Below are positions 62,835-64,000 of a stretch of DNA of 64,000 bases, in pieces. The notes under the pieces are model-generated. The model saw only the letters and a program-made list of their open reading frames with translations, searched no databases and had not been told where the DNA came from. Source of the DNA: Octopus sinensis (taxonomy: Eukaryota); NCBI RefSeq assembly GCF_006345805.1, contig NC_043019.1, forward strand, positions 32,797,360-32,861,359, read 5' to 3'. Made by a program: the position numbers and the translations under genes. Position 1 is the first letter of the stretch. Each line of letters begins with the position of its first letter.

Positions 62835-63544
62835 GAATGTTTAATGTTTTTGTCTGGTTCTGTGTTGTACTTTTAACATTTTACGCTGCCACAACTGAAT
62901 GCCTGTGAGACTTGGATAGATTATGAATGCCATGCAAGAAGCCTAAACCGAAATGCCTGAGAAAGCTGTTGAAAATCACATAACAAGACAAATTCCCAGC
63001 TAGCCAGGTCCTCTCTTGAGCTGATCTGCCACGCATTTATACTAGGCCTCGAAACCAGTTTTATAAAACCAGTTAAAACCGGTTTTACATTACGATCAGT
63101 AAAACCGAAACCGATTTGCCAAAACCGATTTTAATGCTTTCTGTTTCTAGTTGTTTTTTTTTTTCGTTTTCTCACAAAACATTTCTCCATTCTTTTTCTT
63201 TTGAAGAAATATCGTTGAAACCGAACTAACGGAACTGTTGTCGGTCGCCTTTAGTTGAGAATGCTGTCTGTTTCATTGAAACATATTGCATCAAATCAAT
63301 TCTCCACTCAGCACCTTGTCATTTCCTTCGCTAACCCCTGGCTGACTCTTTGAATTTGGAGGTAACAGAGTTTATTCATAGCAAGTCAAGGGGATGCTGT
63401 TAATCTTCAGTCAGGTGATCTTTCCCATTGAGCATATGTAATAACCAGTTCCAGATTCATTTCAAGGAAGTAACACTAAATTATTTCTTAATTATTTTCA
63501 TTAGCCCTAGCATGATAAAAAGAAAATCAGCTGTTTGGAATTAT

Positions 63545-63598
<54 letters not shown>

Positions 63599-63684
63599 AA
63601 GGGTGGAAAGGAACACACGAGTTGATATATATGTAAAAATAAGTCAAAATAGAAAATGCTAAAATAATTTTATAGTGAACATTT

Positions 63685-63722
63685 CAGTACCGGTTTCGGT
63701 CATTTTGAGACCTTTTCAACTG
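63685..63722 (-). ncRNA. Minimal type I hammerhead ribozyme, U3-A8 variant
   Basis: Reverse complement cag-TTGAAAA-ggtc tcaaaat gacc-GAAA-ccgg-TA-ctg. Confidence 0.75.
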
Positions 63723-64000
63723 TAACGATTAAATAATTAAATTTAGAAAAATTAGAAGAAAAGTTTTTTTAAAGGAATATTTCTATAGTAGTGTTCAGAT
63801 ATAAGTAGCATTCTGCTTTTCTCTGACTCCCTTGTTTGCACTTGTGTGTTGTAGGTCGTTGTGAATTCTTGGTAGGGTAGAAGAAGAAGAAGAAGAAGAA
63901 GGCTGATGTGGAGAGGGGGTGGGAAAATCTGGGAGTGCCCTGATGGTCATATTTTGAATGGTCAGTGGCGGCTGGCAGTTGCAGTTCAATTCAGGAGAAT

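Overview
Eukaryotic, AT-rich, repeat-dense genomic DNA, most likely an octopus/cephalopod. That assignment rests on my recollection of the SINE families and is not verified. The only host gene I can support is a + strand EFR3 homolog (plasma-membrane scaffold of the PI4KA/TTC7/FAM126 complex). Sixteen coding exons between 9854 and the stop at 60114 splice in one consistent frame (1756 nt, about 584 aa). The 5' exons lie upstream of the window, so 1-9853 is presumably intronic. All very long ORFs in the supplied track (2176 aa, 544 aa, 498 aa etc.) are tandem-repeat artefacts. Introns hold three or more tRNA-derived SINE families, RTE, CR1/L2-like, R4/Dong-like and Penelope-like retroelement relics, hAT, piggyBac-like and Helitron non-autonomous DNA elements, and several mini/microsatellites. 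Most notable: (1) A set of type I hammerhead ribozymes. One is a ~360-nt tandem plus inverted cassette at 2239-3146 with retrozyme/Penelope-pLTR architecture and a U3-A8 core variant. Further minimal hammerheads lie at 3668, 33318 and 63685, with variant or degenerate ones at 35442 and 52827. (2) A 6.5-kb, 78-bp satellite with higher-order structure, grown from an RTE 3'UTR subrepeat. (3) A hAT MITE whose right terminal inverted repeat has been amplified 11 times. (4) An internally deleted RTE with a possible HDV-like 5' ribozyme.
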